A stretch of DNA of 64,000 nucleotides from Hydrolagus colliei (lineage: Eukaryota): positions 6,262,001 to 6,326,000 of the forward strand of contig CM068757.1 of assembly GCA_035084275.1 (NCBI GenBank). Reading direction: 5' to 3'. The stretch's first letter is position 1, and the number at the start of each line of letters is the position of its first letter. Made by a program: the position numbers and the translations under genes. Shown here one piece after another: positions 1-12,324 of this stretch. The notes beneath the pieces were generated by a model. It did no database searches. It saw nothing but the letters and a program-made list of their open reading frames with translations, and was not told where the DNA came from.

Positions 1-360
1 CAGCAGGCAGCGGGGGAGTAGGTGGGCGTTTAACCCACTGGACCGGAAGTGGGCGGTGTGTGAGGGGGAGGGGCTCTGTGTTTACTTCCGGCCCGGGGCT
101 GGAAGTGGCGGCAGCGCTGACAGCGGCGGCGCCGTCGTTGATGTCTGAGTGTCGCTCGCCGGCTGGTGTGCGGGCAGACGGTTAGCCCCGCGCTCCCGTG
201 GCCGCTCCTCTCTCCTCCTCTCCCGCTCAATGTCTGTCTCCCCCGGCTCAGCACCACTCACTCCTCACCGTTGATGGTCCGGTCACCCGCAGGGCGGCTG
301 GGAGCTGACGACCAAGGGCTGGTCGCCCCGCCCGGCGCTTCTTTCACTGGGGCTCAGCGA
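1..360 (+). promoter_or_regulatory. CpG-island promoter and 5' UTR of MOB2 exon 1
   Basis: Very GC/CpG-rich against an AT-rich intron. ETS/GABP motifs ACCGGAAGT (42-50), ACTTCCGG (84-91) and GGAAGT (101-106), GC box GGGCGG (51-56), no TATA box. Leads into an ATG with strong Kozak context at 360. Confidence 0.85.
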
Positions 361-376
361 TGGACTGGCTCATGGG
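360..376 (+). CDS. MOB2: MOB kinase activator 2, first coding exon (MDWLM-G, phase 2)
   Basis: GCG ATG GAC TGG CTC ATG GG|GTGAGT, with Kozak G at -3 and G at +4 and a consensus donor. The peptide matches the recalled vertebrate MOB2 N-terminus MDWLMGKSKAKPNGKK. Only ~6 residues are visible, and exon 2 was not found in the window. Confidence 0.82.
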
Positions 377-389
377 GTGAGTGTGGATG

Positions 390-1640
390 ACAGACAGAGA
401 CAGAGTGAGAGTGAGTGAGTGTGTGTCAGTGTGAGTGTGAGAGGGAGGGAGTGTGTGTGTGAGAGGGAGTGAGTGAGTGTGTGTGAGAGGGAGGGAGGGA
501 GTGAGTGAATGTGTGTGTGAGAGGGAGGGAGGGAGTGAGTGAGTGTGTGAGGGAGTGAGTGAGTGAATGTGTGTGTGAGGGAGTGAGTGAGTGTGTGAGG
601 GAGTGAGTGAGTGAGTGAATGTGTGTGTGAGGGAGTGAGTGAGTGAATGTGTGAGGGAGTGAGTGAGTGAGTGTGTGTGAGAGGGAGTGAGTGAGTGAAT
701 GTGTGTGTGAGGGAGTGAGTGAGTGTGTGAGGGAGTGAGTGAGTGAGTGTGTGAGTGAGTGAGTGTGTGTGAGAGGGAGTGAGTGAGTGAGTGAGTGTGT
801 GAGGGAGTGAGTGAGTGAATGTGTGTGTGAGGGAGTGAGTAAGTGAATGTGTGTGTGTGTGAGGGAGTGAGTGAGTGTGTGTGAGGGAGTGAGTGAGTGA
901 GTGTGTGAGGGAGTGAGGGAGTGAGTGAGTGTGTGTGTGAGGGAGTGAGTGAATGTGTGTGTGAGGGAGTGAGTAAGTGAATGTGTGTATGTGTGAGGGA
1001 GTGAGTGAGTGTGTGTGAGGGAGTGAGTGAGTGAGTGTGTGAGGGAGTGAGGGAGTGAGTGAGTGTGTGTGTGAGGGAGTGAGTGAATGTGTGTGTGAGG
1101 GAGTGAGTAAGTGAATGTGTGTATGTGTGAGTGAGTGAGTGTGTGTGTATGTGTGTGACAGGGAGTGAGTGAATGTGTATGTGAGGGAGGGAGTAAGTGA
1201 ATGTGTGTGTGTGAGGGAGGGAGGGAGTGAATAAGAGATACAGGGAATGAATGTGAGAGAGAGAACATGAATGAGAGAGAAAGGGTGAATGAGAGAAGGA
1301 GTGGATCAGAGATACAGGGGGTGGGTGTGTGAGAGGGAGAGGGGGGTGAATGAGAGACACAGGGAGTGAATGAGAGATACTCAAGTGAGTGAGCCAGAGA
1401 GTAGCTGGTGGAGTTGGGCGCCGAGGGATTGAGGGAGATGGGGAGGAGTTGAAGTTGAAGGAGGGAGGGAGGGAGATAGGGATTCAGGGGAGTGAGTGAG
1501 ACGGGATGGGAGTGAGTGGGGAGAAAGGAGTGAGGGAGTGACTGGGGTAGTGATGGAGGGAGTGCGACGGGATGGGACAGGCAGGGAGGGAGGGAGAGAG
1601 GGAGGGTGGGGAGGGAGGGAGGGAGAGAGAGAGAGGTGAC
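390..1640. repeat. Compound (GT)n/(GAGT)n/(GAGG)n microsatellite array grading into purine-rich low-complexity sequence
   Basis: Recurrent units such as GAGGGAGTGAGTGAGTGAATGTGTGTGT seen directly. Explains the His/Ser/Leu/Thr pseudo-ORFs on the minus strand. Confidence 0.95.
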
Positions 1641-1654
1641 TGGGGTAGTGAGTC

Positions 1655-1805
1655 AGGGGGGTGGTATATATGGGGGCTGGGGGGGGGTGTATATGGGGGG
1701 TGGGGGGGTGTATATGGGGGGTGGGGGGTGTATATGGGGGGGTGTATATGAAGGGCTGGGGGGTATATATGGGGGGTGGGGGGCTGTACATGGGGGGGGA
1801 GGGGG
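1655..1805 (+). repeat. G-rich minisatellite (G5-8 TGTATAT G5-8), G-quadruplex-prone
   Basis: About seven imperfect TGTATATG units separated by G-runs. Confidence 0.85.
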
Positions 1806-3300
1806 CATTGCTGCTCTCTTCACAAACGTGAACTTCAGTTAGTCATAATAACCTCACTGCTTCCACAAGTTTGATCCCCTTTTTTTAATGTGTATGAGTG
1901 TGTGTGTGTGTGTGTGGTGATGGTGTGTTTTTTTTATATATAAAAAACACCAAAACGAATGAAAATTAACGAGTGGTTAAACGCCTCCCTGCAGATTTGA
2001 TTTGTTTTCAGCTGGGTTTTTTTGGGAAAAAAAAGCAAATGCATTTATTTATAGGAGAGATGTCATTGTCTTATCTTAGCCCTTGTTGAATAGATGTCCG
2101 GCTTTATTGGATTGCCTCCTGTTGTATTATGGCACTGCAGGCTGCCCAAATCCCTGAACATGCCAGGAGCAATGCGACTTTGCTTAATTTAAAATTTAAA
2201 TTGGTGTTCGTGTGTGTGTGTGTGCTTTTTTTTCCCCCAAAAAATAGGTTAAAACTCACTTCTGTGTCAATAAGGAACTTTTATTTTCGAAGCCGATTGT
2301 TTAACACTGGGCAAACACGACATTATGTCTGAAGGTAATTGAACGGTTTGGCAGCTGTGAATATTGCAACCCTTCCTTGTGAACTGCACTTCAACATTTT
2401 TTTTTTACTGTATAAGGGTGGGGAGGATGAACGATTTGTAAATCCGGACTCCAAATGGCCAGAATGCAGTGAATTACGTTGTTGTTTATAGGAAAGCTGG
2501 TGTGAATAGGAGACGTTTATAAATGAAGGGGAGAGAGGTACTACTTTGTATAGTGCAATATATACTGTACTTAGCAACCGGTTAAAGACCTATATTTGAG
2601 ATGAGGTGATATTACAATTTAACCTATCTGGAGTATTATGATTTTTTTTTCTCCACAACGTCTAGATTTTAGTGAGAGAAAGTTTGTGTGTTCTCTGTGC
2701 GGATTTGATGTTGTTCAAATGGTACATTTTTGACATGCTGGCGGTACAGTACAGTCCAATACAATACCAGACTGCAGTCATCAGACTGCACAGTTCAGTT
2801 GGTGGATTGTGACCATTTATTGACTGGTTTGAGGCAGAAAGTGAATGCGGTAAAGTCATGAACAAAGACACCAATGTCACCCATCGTCCTTTAAGTGCAT
2901 GTTTGTGAAACTGAGAGTTGTTTGAATATTAGTGATGGGTCGATATGAGCATGTGTGGGGTATTTATGTCAACATTTCAGCAGAAACTAAAGCTTATTCC
3001 TTGGGAACGTGTAGGTCTGTGCTTTGGTCAAAACTCAGCTGTTCTGCGACAATGTTTCTATGAAGCAATATTTTCCACTGATGTGCTTTGTATCCTTTCC
3101 TGCATTTTGTTGTTAAATCACTAATGTTTTTGTTTTCCAGAGTGATTGTGTTTAGAAACATTTCAGATGACGTCAATAATAACATCCTAATCTGTCAAGT
3201 GTTCATTTCAGGTGCTAGTTTGACTGTGCGAGTCATTTTGACATTGGTTCAAATCGTGTACAGTTGCTGTTTATTCAACAGGTGTACAGTTAAAATATAA

Positions 3301-3475
3301 ATAAGAATAAAAATAATCCTTGCATTTGATATAGTGCTTTTCACGTCTTCTAGACTTCCCAAAGTGCTTCACAGGATATACTGTAAGTGAATTGACTGTA
3401 TTTTGGGGGTGACCCATGGTAGCCAATTGTGCACAGCAAAGTCCCATAAACAGTCGTGGAATGAGTGACCATTAT
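3301..3475 (-). mobile_element. tRNA-derived SINE (young family A), 5'-truncated
   Basis: AATAATCCTTGCATTTGATATAGTGCTTTTCAC... aligns by eye with the full copies at 21433 and 31523. Confidence 0.85.
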
Positions 3476-4929
3476 AACTTATTGTAGATATAGCACAGCA
3501 GGAACGGTATTTTGGATCACTGAGACATGATGAAAAGTCAAGTAGTTCTGGGAATATTTGATAAGAGATTGCTTTTTTTAAAAAAAATTAAGGAATTACA
3601 GGTGCTTGAGGGGCACAAAACTCGTATTGAATGTGGTGACGAATAGATAGTACTATGCATTTATACACCTGAGAAGCATGCTATTGGTTGTGTGGTAAAT
3701 GGGGGGATTTTGTTATCTTTAATGTTGTTCAATTTCTACCAGTCAAAGAAACATTCCTGCCAAATGAGTTGAAGAAACCTAAATTAGATGGATTCTCTCA
3801 GGAGTGAGCTGAATAAACCATTCCTGGCAACGTTTATAAATAGGAGGATATTTAATACATAAAATGTCAGCATTTTAAATACAGTTCCTGTTTCTATTGC
3901 AGTGTACGATCCAATTGTGCATCAGTTGGGTGTGTAATGTATAACGTGAGATAAGACTTAAAATACAACACAGAAGCTTAGTTTTGCACAAGTGACTGAT
4001 TACAATGTGTGCAACAAGCAATACTAGGTGCCCTTGGGATACCAGCTATTGGTGTGTTTTGTGTGTTCTGCAGAAGAGTAACAGGATGTGTGTTCTCTCC
4101 CCTGTGATTTCCACATTCTGTTATGAGCCATCTGAGTTTGGTCCTTTGGGTAAGATGTTGAGCTGAGGTGCTGCCCTAATTCCACCTTTCCGCTCCCTTT
4201 TTCCACTGTAACCCAGAGAGGTAAGAAGCATAGTTGTAAAACCATGCCCATCAGTGCTGCAACTTAGCAAGTCAGGCATTGTCAATTGCAAAACACCTGT
4301 GCAGCCAAATTATACTTCACTGGTTAGACAGAACCCTTACTTTTAATATGTAACTGTAGTAATTATATGACATTAAGGCTGTTAATGGTTTCTCAGGTTT
4401 TCTTGAACCTTATAATGCCTGATAAAGTTGAAAGGCTTTCCTGGCAATGCTGTCTGCTTCCTGTTGACCTATTGTTGTGGAAGAAAAGAGACAATGTAAT
4501 GATCAAAGGTTTTATTACAAAGTGACATATTAATATTTCACCCTGCAGTGGTGTTGGGTGTTAAGTTTCAGCTAATGTTCAGTTGACAATTCACTGAAGT
4601 CATTCACTGATGTCCTCCGTAGTGTCTCAATTACACCTTTATTTTACACCCACAATTCCTGTGATTTGCTGAGCCTTTCTGTATCTGAATAACCACAGCC
4701 CTTGTCTAAAAGTGAGTTTTTTTAAAACAAAATTGTGATTAGCTTTTGTACAATTTTCTGAAAATGTTAGTTTGCATTGAAGAACTTTTGTTTGGTTAAA
4801 ATAACTACCAACAATCTCATAAGTCCTTATTCCCAAAGAATAGCTGGAACAACGTTTTCTTTAAAAAAAAATTATAGACTGGAAAGTGTGGACTTATAAA
4901 GTAAAAACCTTCAAATACACATGGCAAGG

Positions 4930-5180
4930 TTTCAGTAAATGTGATGGATTTTTCGGTACAGACTTTGACAGATGGTAACACAAGGCTTGAGGCACGAGTG
5001 TTGGATAAAATAGCCCAAAAGGCTTTTTTAGATGAGGTGGCATGTGGAGTGAATACAGTGCTATGTGTGGCAGGTGCTTTGCTATGTGAGGTCAATGCGG
5101 TGCTGTTTGGGGTAGATGCTGCATCACAAGGGTTCAAGATCACCTCCTGGTCTGTTGACAGTTCATTCAGCCCAGCTGTT
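4930..5180 (-). mobile_element. Old L2-clade LINE ORF2 fragment
   Basis: Minus-strand translation (..ILNP.., HATSS..) is a decayed echo of the L2 motifs GVILDP / HAFVTSRLDY. Confidence 0.45.
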
Positions 5181-6903
5181 TGGGTGCTAGAAGTGGTCTC
5201 ACTCTCCTGGAAACAATTTCATTGGGATTGTCGCTCTGTAAAAGTTTAGTGGTGTAGCAGGTGCTGGGTACTGTATCTGCTGTAAAGAATGAAGTTAAAA
5301 TATATATAGAAAACGCGCTTGCTAAATGGAAATGTAAAAAGCTCGGCTTGACTGCAATTAACCCAGCATTACAGTTAGCAGAAATCTCTAGGGTTTCCGT
5401 AAAGTGAGTGCTGATTAGCAGTTTTTCATTTTGGAAACTAGAATGCTCAAGAGATAAAACTCTCGACAAGTAAAGTGCTGGTTTAAATGGGGGACCTGAT
5501 TATAAAAGGTTTATTAGATAATCACCTGGGAGGACAACCTGGCACCCATTCAAGGAATAAAAGTGATAATGTTTTAGGTGGATGCACTTTAATATCAATG
5601 CAATTTTGTGTTTGTACTTCAAGCGATTAATGTAAAGCTTGGCAAAAGTATTTCGTTTTCTGTATCCGGTTGCTGTAAATAATACAGAACTGCATTTCAG
5701 TGTTTCTGCTGGCCCTTCACCTCTCCATATCAGGTTGTCTCTCTCGGCACTATAGGTAGGGAAGAATCTCAAGGATTCCTGTGTTACACTCTTACTGGCA
5801 GCGTCTTTTGTGTTTGCATTCCCACTGTTTTAGTGACAGCCCACAGTCATCCACTCATTGTCCTTTTCAGGGTAAAGCTTGTTTTCAATTTAAGGATTAG
5901 TCTTTTATCATTTTGGACTGTTATGTTTATCCAATGAGACCATTGAAATTTTAAGGCTTGTATCCTTAATACAAGTTAGGCCACTGCAGTTTGATTAAGC
6001 TGCTGGTTATATTATTGTTCAGAGGTGAGATGATGTTCTTCCTTTCAAATTTAGCCAAAAATCATTGTGGCACTGACTTTAATAGGCCCTGTAATGAGTG
6101 TTAAGATCTGTATGACCAATATTGCCGTAAAAGCTTCCAAATAAGCACAATTTATTTCTAAGATTGAAAGCTGAAAGTTACAGCGATGTATCTCAGTGTT
6201 TCTCTCTGGATTGCTGTCCATTCTTTGCTTGCAGCTGTGCTTTTTGTAACCTCTGGCAGCTTGTCCCACCAGTGGGTCATGTCACAGGCAGAGGTGCTGA
6301 GCGAAGATGTTCTCTACCTTTTTGTACTGCGAGTGTATGGGTGTTTCTTCTTAGCTTTAATTTCCGCTGGTTGAAGTAAATATTTTGGCTGAGTGGAAAA
6401 TTTTACATGCATGAATTTCATTTGAAGGAAAAAAAACCACATTCACTATTTACTGAGTAATACTGCATACAACGTTTCACCACTGCTATCACAGTATCCT
6501 GAAGTTTCCAACAGCTATTGGTTGATACATCACTTCAGTATATGTGAAGCAAAATGAAATGTTTTAATTGTGGCTGCAGTTATCTTCAATGCGGTCTCAA
6601 TATTCCAGCATGGAATCATGCTAAAATAATAGTGAAAACTATAGCAATTTCAGTGAAAGCTGGCCCAGATATATGGGTGAGAATATTGTATGGTCTAATG
6701 AGCTGAGAAGATCAAGAGAGCCAGCGAAGTACAAAAGCAGAAAAATAGATAATCTGCAATGTTGTTGGAAGGAACATACAATAGAAAAATGAGATACAGT
6801 GAGACAACTGAAACAAACAACATTAAAGTTGTGATAGATAATTAAGGTATGTAAAGAGGTAGAGACTGACAACGCAAAAGTTTTTGTTCTGTTGAAAGAG
6901 TAC

Positions 6904-6985
6904 AAATGGGACATTCAGAAATGGGCTTCACTGCACATCAGAGATGATATAAATGGGACATGCAGAAATGGGCTTCATTGCACAT
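6904..6985. repeat. Short tandem duplication, period 47 bp
   Basis: AAATGGGACAT(T/G)CAGAAATGGGCTTCA(C/T)TGCACAT occurs at 6904 and 6951. Confidence 0.9.
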
Positions 6986-9599
6986 TGGCACAAGTTCAGC
7001 TTGTTAAAATACTATCAGAACTACTGTGCACTTTGGGAGTGAAGCTTTACTTGGGAGGGAACTGTCAGAATTCATAGTCTTGTGATTCAGATGCATGGTT
7101 TAAAAGTTCCGTTCACATTTGAATTAATGACTTACGCAGAATGCATTGTTTTAATTGTGTCCTGAATTATTTTACATTTTGGGCTGAGCAATAATAGAGA
7201 TGCCAAATAATCAGAAATCTATTCTAGAAACTACTGTATAGCAATTTCTGCTTATCCTGGCCACAAAGACTGACCTGTGTGATGGCACCGCACTTATTTG
7301 ACCACTTGAAAGATTGGTGAAATAGTTGTGCACAGATGTCTGTCTGTGTTGTATGCCTGTTTTGTTGTACAGTATGTTGTATGACTGGAAAGTTTGATGT
7401 GGGCTTTCGTCAACTCCTTCTGAAATAGGTTTTATGGTTGATTAGGCTGAAAACATGATCTTGTCAGAAATAACAGGACTTACATTCTTGGGATTGGAAA
7501 TGTTCACATTTAATTTTTAGTTGGATAATGAAGTTTCATTAAAGATGTTGGAAACATAGGAATTAGGAGTTGGCCGTGCGAGGATGGGAGAGCGGTGGTG
7601 GAGAGGGAGGGAGGGGTGGGCGGGCGGATGTTTTGGGGGTTTGCTTGCCACCACCAGTTTAACGCTAAACAAATGTTAATGTACCTTGCTCTGTATGTGC
7701 ATTTTGTTTAAACCACTTGCTGCTAGACTGCTGGATATTTCTCTGATGTAATTACCTGCAATAAACCTAATACATATTTATTGTATGGAAGTTTTTCCGC
7801 ACCCCACCACCTGTAAGTGGAGTTTCTTAGCACAATACTTGTTGGATAGGCCTGATGGGCAGTTCTGTACTCAGTGGAACATAATGTACTTGCATGCTTT
7901 CAGTGGTGGTGATATAGTTGGGCTGGTTGGATCCACAATCGTGAACCATGTTTTGTTTCTAAGAATTTGTGGCTTACAATAATGAAAGTTGTTTTTGTAC
8001 AGTGGGCATTCATGCATTGAATAATTGATCATATGCTTACCGAATGTGTGACCAAATATAAAGAAATCCATTAGCTAGATGTATAGTACCTTCCTAAAAG
8101 AGTATTTTATGAAGATATGTCATTGGAGCCATTAGTTAATCATTCTGCAATCATCCGTTTTCTCAGGTTATGGGTTGTCCTGTTTCTGAGACACAGATGT
8201 TTGCTTCTCAGTTTAACATTTGAGGTCTTCTTTGATGCTTCACCAAACAGGACGCCACCACTCTTGCCCAAAACAGTAAAATGGGTAAGATTCAGATCTA
8301 AGCCTGTCTGCTTGTGCTGTGCTTGTTCCTCAGTATTTTGTAATACCATGAACTCCACCAATTTGCTTATTGTCCATTTCAGTAAAGAACTATAGGCACA
8401 ACTTGCTTGATTGCAGCGTGAGGAATACATCAGTGGAACTAAGATGAGAGAAAGTGACACGCTATCTCTGTGTGCAACATGGCAAATTTACTGTGTTAAA
8501 TGTTCACCGATTTGTTCTCTTATGCAACCATACTTGCTTTATTAGCATTTGAAAACTTTTTTCTTTCTCATGTACAAATGCCGTTTTGGTCAGCTTAATC
8601 TCCAGGGATGATCCTTTGAGTTTAGCCAGATGGTTGGGTGAGTGGATGTCTTTTGCTAGAACTTGTTTGTTTGCTTTAGTTGAGCAGATTTGTTCTCCTG
8701 CTACAAACAATGGATGCATGAAGGTCAGGGTTATTTTGGGGGCATGAGGGCCAGAGGATCTGAAAGCTCAGCGCTTCACATTTGCATTCTCCTCCCGTTG
8801 AATTACTGCATTGGGGGAGATAATGGTAGAGTCTGAGGCTAATCTGGACGCAAAGTATTGTATAGAAACTATGAATCAGTATTGACTCTTGCCCCCCCCC
8901 CCCCCCCCCCCCGCAATCCTTCTGTGTCAGGTGAGATCCTTGCTTTTAGATTTTCAATCCAATACTGAAATAATTTACTGGGAAGGAGCATAAGGAAATA
9001 ATGTCAGCTCATCACAGCCAAATCAGATATTAACCTAATTTGTACAGTAAAGCAAGATAAATACCAGTTGTGTTCATCTGAGTTAAACTTGCTCCAGTTT
9101 AGATACTTCCTCCTTGGCATTTTGCCAGACAATGTCACTGTAAAGATCGTACTGTATTATGTCAGTGCACCTGGTGCTTGTTCTTGCCCATTTGCAGAGA
9201 ACACTGTGGCCATAACGTTAAACAATGTCCCTCAGGTCAGTTTGTGGGATAGATCGAATGTGCCAGATTTCTTTTCTCTAGGCCTTTCCAAGCATGTGTG
9301 GGGACAAGACTGTTGGGTACTTGTGGAGTTATTGTCCTGCAGATTTATAGCAGTTTAGAAGCTTCTGTTCCTGTCAATGTCCGCGTAAAGTTAATTTCTT
9401 ACAAAGTTGCATGTAATCTGTTTTTAGGGATTGGCCATGAGATTGTAAATGCCAGCTGTATACACACTGAGAATTTTTGGTTTAAATGAGTTGCGGCCGT
9501 CAATCTATTCACACCACCTAATGTTGTATGAAGTAACTGGCTTGGATTCTTTCTGCAAATAGGCTTTGCTATCTTCATCGAGATTTCAGCAGTGTGCCA

Positions 9600-9875
9600 T
9601 GCAAGCCAGTGCCAATTCTCTGTTCTTTCTTTATGCCCTTTCGTAGATCAATAATCTTCGGTTTATCTTATTTCCCTTTAAATTATGTAATTCACTTGGC
9701 TTCAATATCCAGTTGCAGTGACGTATTCCACATCCTAATGACATTTTGCAACCTTCAGACCTTGAGTTTATGTACTCTGGTTGCTGACTCACCAACCATC
9801 GCATGTAACCTTACGTTTTTTACAAGCTGAAATCCTTTCATAATTCTGCACATTTCTATTCGATCCTCGCTGAAC
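9600..9875 (-). mobile_element. CR1 LINE 3' ORF2 remnant
   Basis: Decayed antisense CR1 hallmarks (TATTCCACATCCTAA, CCTTTCATAATT...TCTATT.GATC...AACCTTCT). Confidence 0.55.
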
Positions 9876-10622
9876 CTTCTACGCTTAATATTCAATGACA
9901 GTTCATGTGCTTCATCTGTGTTGTGGAATTAGTTCAAAGAAAATGATTGAGTCTATTGCGGACTTTGTTTATCTCCAATTCTTCCAATTTCCTGTTATTT
10001 TAAACGGCTCTGTGATTCAAGTAGATGGATGGGCTAGCTTTGAGCTTCTCACATTTCCACCACCTTCTCAGTTTGCTTCTAAGCTAAAGTTGCACCGAGT
10101 GCTCAGAGCACCTGAGGTGTCTAGCTTTTCCCAATGTGTCCTCTCTGGAGAATGGAGAGAGGAAGCCTCTGTGTGACTCCTTCTTTCACCTGGCGGCATG
10201 GCTACGATTGGAATCTAGGGAATCTGATGCCTGTTCACCGTTCTAGCAATCCACAGCATCTTGCAACATTAGTGAATTGCGCTATTGTGCTGTCAATATG
10301 TTTTCGCATTAACACGATTATTCAGGATACTGCTGTGTTCACGTGTTTAGACAACAGAGTGTGCTTTTAGAAGTTAGTGGCCACCTCCAGCCATATTTGG
10401 AGATTTTTTTTATGTTAAAAAAAAAAGGTGGGTTTTCCACTGCAGTATGTTAACGGTGACAGGAAGCTCTATACAATTCCTTGTTCTATCCATTGTATAC
10501 CTAGTGTTGCTTCTTTAAAAGGCAGTTCTAAAATAAACCTGCTTTTGTGGTTTCGGATTTGCACCGCACAAAAACCTTGTTTGATTCAGATCTTATTCTG
10601 CAATATTTCTGTAGAATATCGC

Positions 10623-10729
10623 AATAATCCTGCATTTGATATTGTGCTATTCATGTTTTCTAGATGTCTCAAAATACTTCACAGAACCCAAGTCTCTCAC
10701 TTGTGAGGCGAGTACTCTAACCACTGAGC
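10623..10729 (-). mobile_element. Internally deleted family-A SINE (tRNA head fused directly to tail)
   Basis: Tail sequence up to ...TTCACAGAA joins CCCAAGTCTCTCACTTGTGAGGCGAGTACTCTAACCACTGAGC, the head seen at 31790-31832. Confidence 0.85.
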
Positions 10730-10884
10730 GGCTTGAAAGACTCTTAGTCTGATTCAAAACATAGCCTGTAGATTATTGGCCAAGATCTAAGAGCTACTGG
10801 CAGAATACCACAACATTTGTAAACGTGACTTGGGATGCTTCATCCTTTGGGTTAAAACATATCAGGACATTACCACCAAAATAC

Positions 10885-11140
10885 ATAATAATAATCCTTG
10901 CATTTGATATAGTGCTTTTTATGTCTAGACGTCTCAAAGCACTTCACAGAATATACTGTAAAGTGAATTTACTGTATATTTGTGGGCGAAATGCGGCAGC
11001 CAATTGCACACAGCAGTATCCCACGAACAGTCGTGGATTGAAATGACCAATTTTATTATTGTTTTGTTTTAGGAATTATTATTAGGGGTGTAGAGTAAGG
11101 AAACTTACCCAAGGTTTCGCCCTGATCTACCTGGATTTGA
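10885..11140 (-). mobile_element. Family-A SINE lacking most of the tRNA head
   Basis: High similarity to 21433-21700; ends at CTGGATTTGA within the B box. Confidence 0.9.
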
Positions 11141-12264
11141 TGCGGTGAGTGATGTGCAATTTTGCACATTTGTATGGCAGCCACACAAAGAAGTGAAGGT
11201 GAATCACGCTAACTCTTTCAGAAAAGTGACAATTGTGCTGTTTGTCAAGATCAAGCGCAAGAAAACATAGAATTTTTTGGAGGCAGATTTCTATTTCACT
11301 CATTGCAGAAACTGACCAGGGTCTTTGATGAGAGCGTTAGGTACAGGCACACATTTTCAGTTTGGAGTATTGCTGGACGCCAAAGCTATGAACGTAAATG
11401 AACTAAACCAACAGCTGGCCAGATGTGGGATTTGCAGCTCTTGATTTGTTTTTGCCTTCTTGAAACTATACAGGGGGAGGAATATTATATTTTACAAAAA
11501 CTTGGGTGGAAAATTCTGTTTGGGTTACTACATTTTCCTGATATTTAAATCCTGTGGTATTATTGAAGTTTGTTTTTGTTGGAGAGCAATTGATATTTAT
11601 CTCAATCTGCCTCCACCCCCTATATGTATGTGAATGTTTCATCTAAAACCAGTTGCAGGCCATACACGCATGTGAAATCACACCCTCGTGTTAAGTAAAA
11701 ATTCATGTGCAATGTACATGTCCTGATCCAGTATAAACTTCTTCAAAGTGGGTTCTGCTTTGAGACCCAGAGCATAGTTTCTGTGGCATTCAACAACAGG
11801 TGGTTTGAAGATAACTCCAAAGGTATATTTGAGTGGTTACGGGTTTGAGTTTGTATGTTCTCCATTTGCAAGTCTCGAACCAGCCCTGGAATGCATACGG
11901 TTTTGTGGTATGGTCTTGATCACTGCTTCTTTTCAGTGAATTTATTTTAGTCTCAATGTGAATTAATCCCATAGACCGTTGACATACTGACATAAATTCC
12001 TGTCTCTGTGGGTTGATTGGTTTTCAGTATTCAGACTGAGTTTAAAGGAACTCCATTATGAAAATGACCTGCAACAAAAAATGTATTAAAATTCTAAGAT
12101 TTTTTGAAATTTTATTTGGACAGTTTTGTCCAACCTATGCCAAACTCTTCTGATAGTTTTTAACTTGCAAATCTTCTTTTACATCCCTGCTTCCACTGTC
12201 CATTTTGGTGTTTGGAGTGCATGTTGTGTTTATTACTCTAAAAAATTACATAACTAAGATGGAA

Positions 12265-12324
12265 CCAACAACAAAATGACACTTGTATAGCACCTTTCAC
12301 ATCAGGAGGATGTCCCAAGGTGCT
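12265..12324 (-). mobile_element. L2-type 3' tail fragment with (CAA)n
   Basis: Near reverse complement of the tail at 27391-27449. Confidence 0.8.

Noticed and set aside
344-1384. 346-aa and 280-aa His/Ser/Thr/Leu-rich minus-strand ORFs
   Set aside because: They are translations of the (GT)/(GAGT) microsatellite; stops are absent only because of base composition.
1381-1842. Pro-rich and Gly/Tyr-rich ORFs resembling extensin or keratin-associated proteins
   Set aside because: Products of the G-run minisatellite, with no gene structure.
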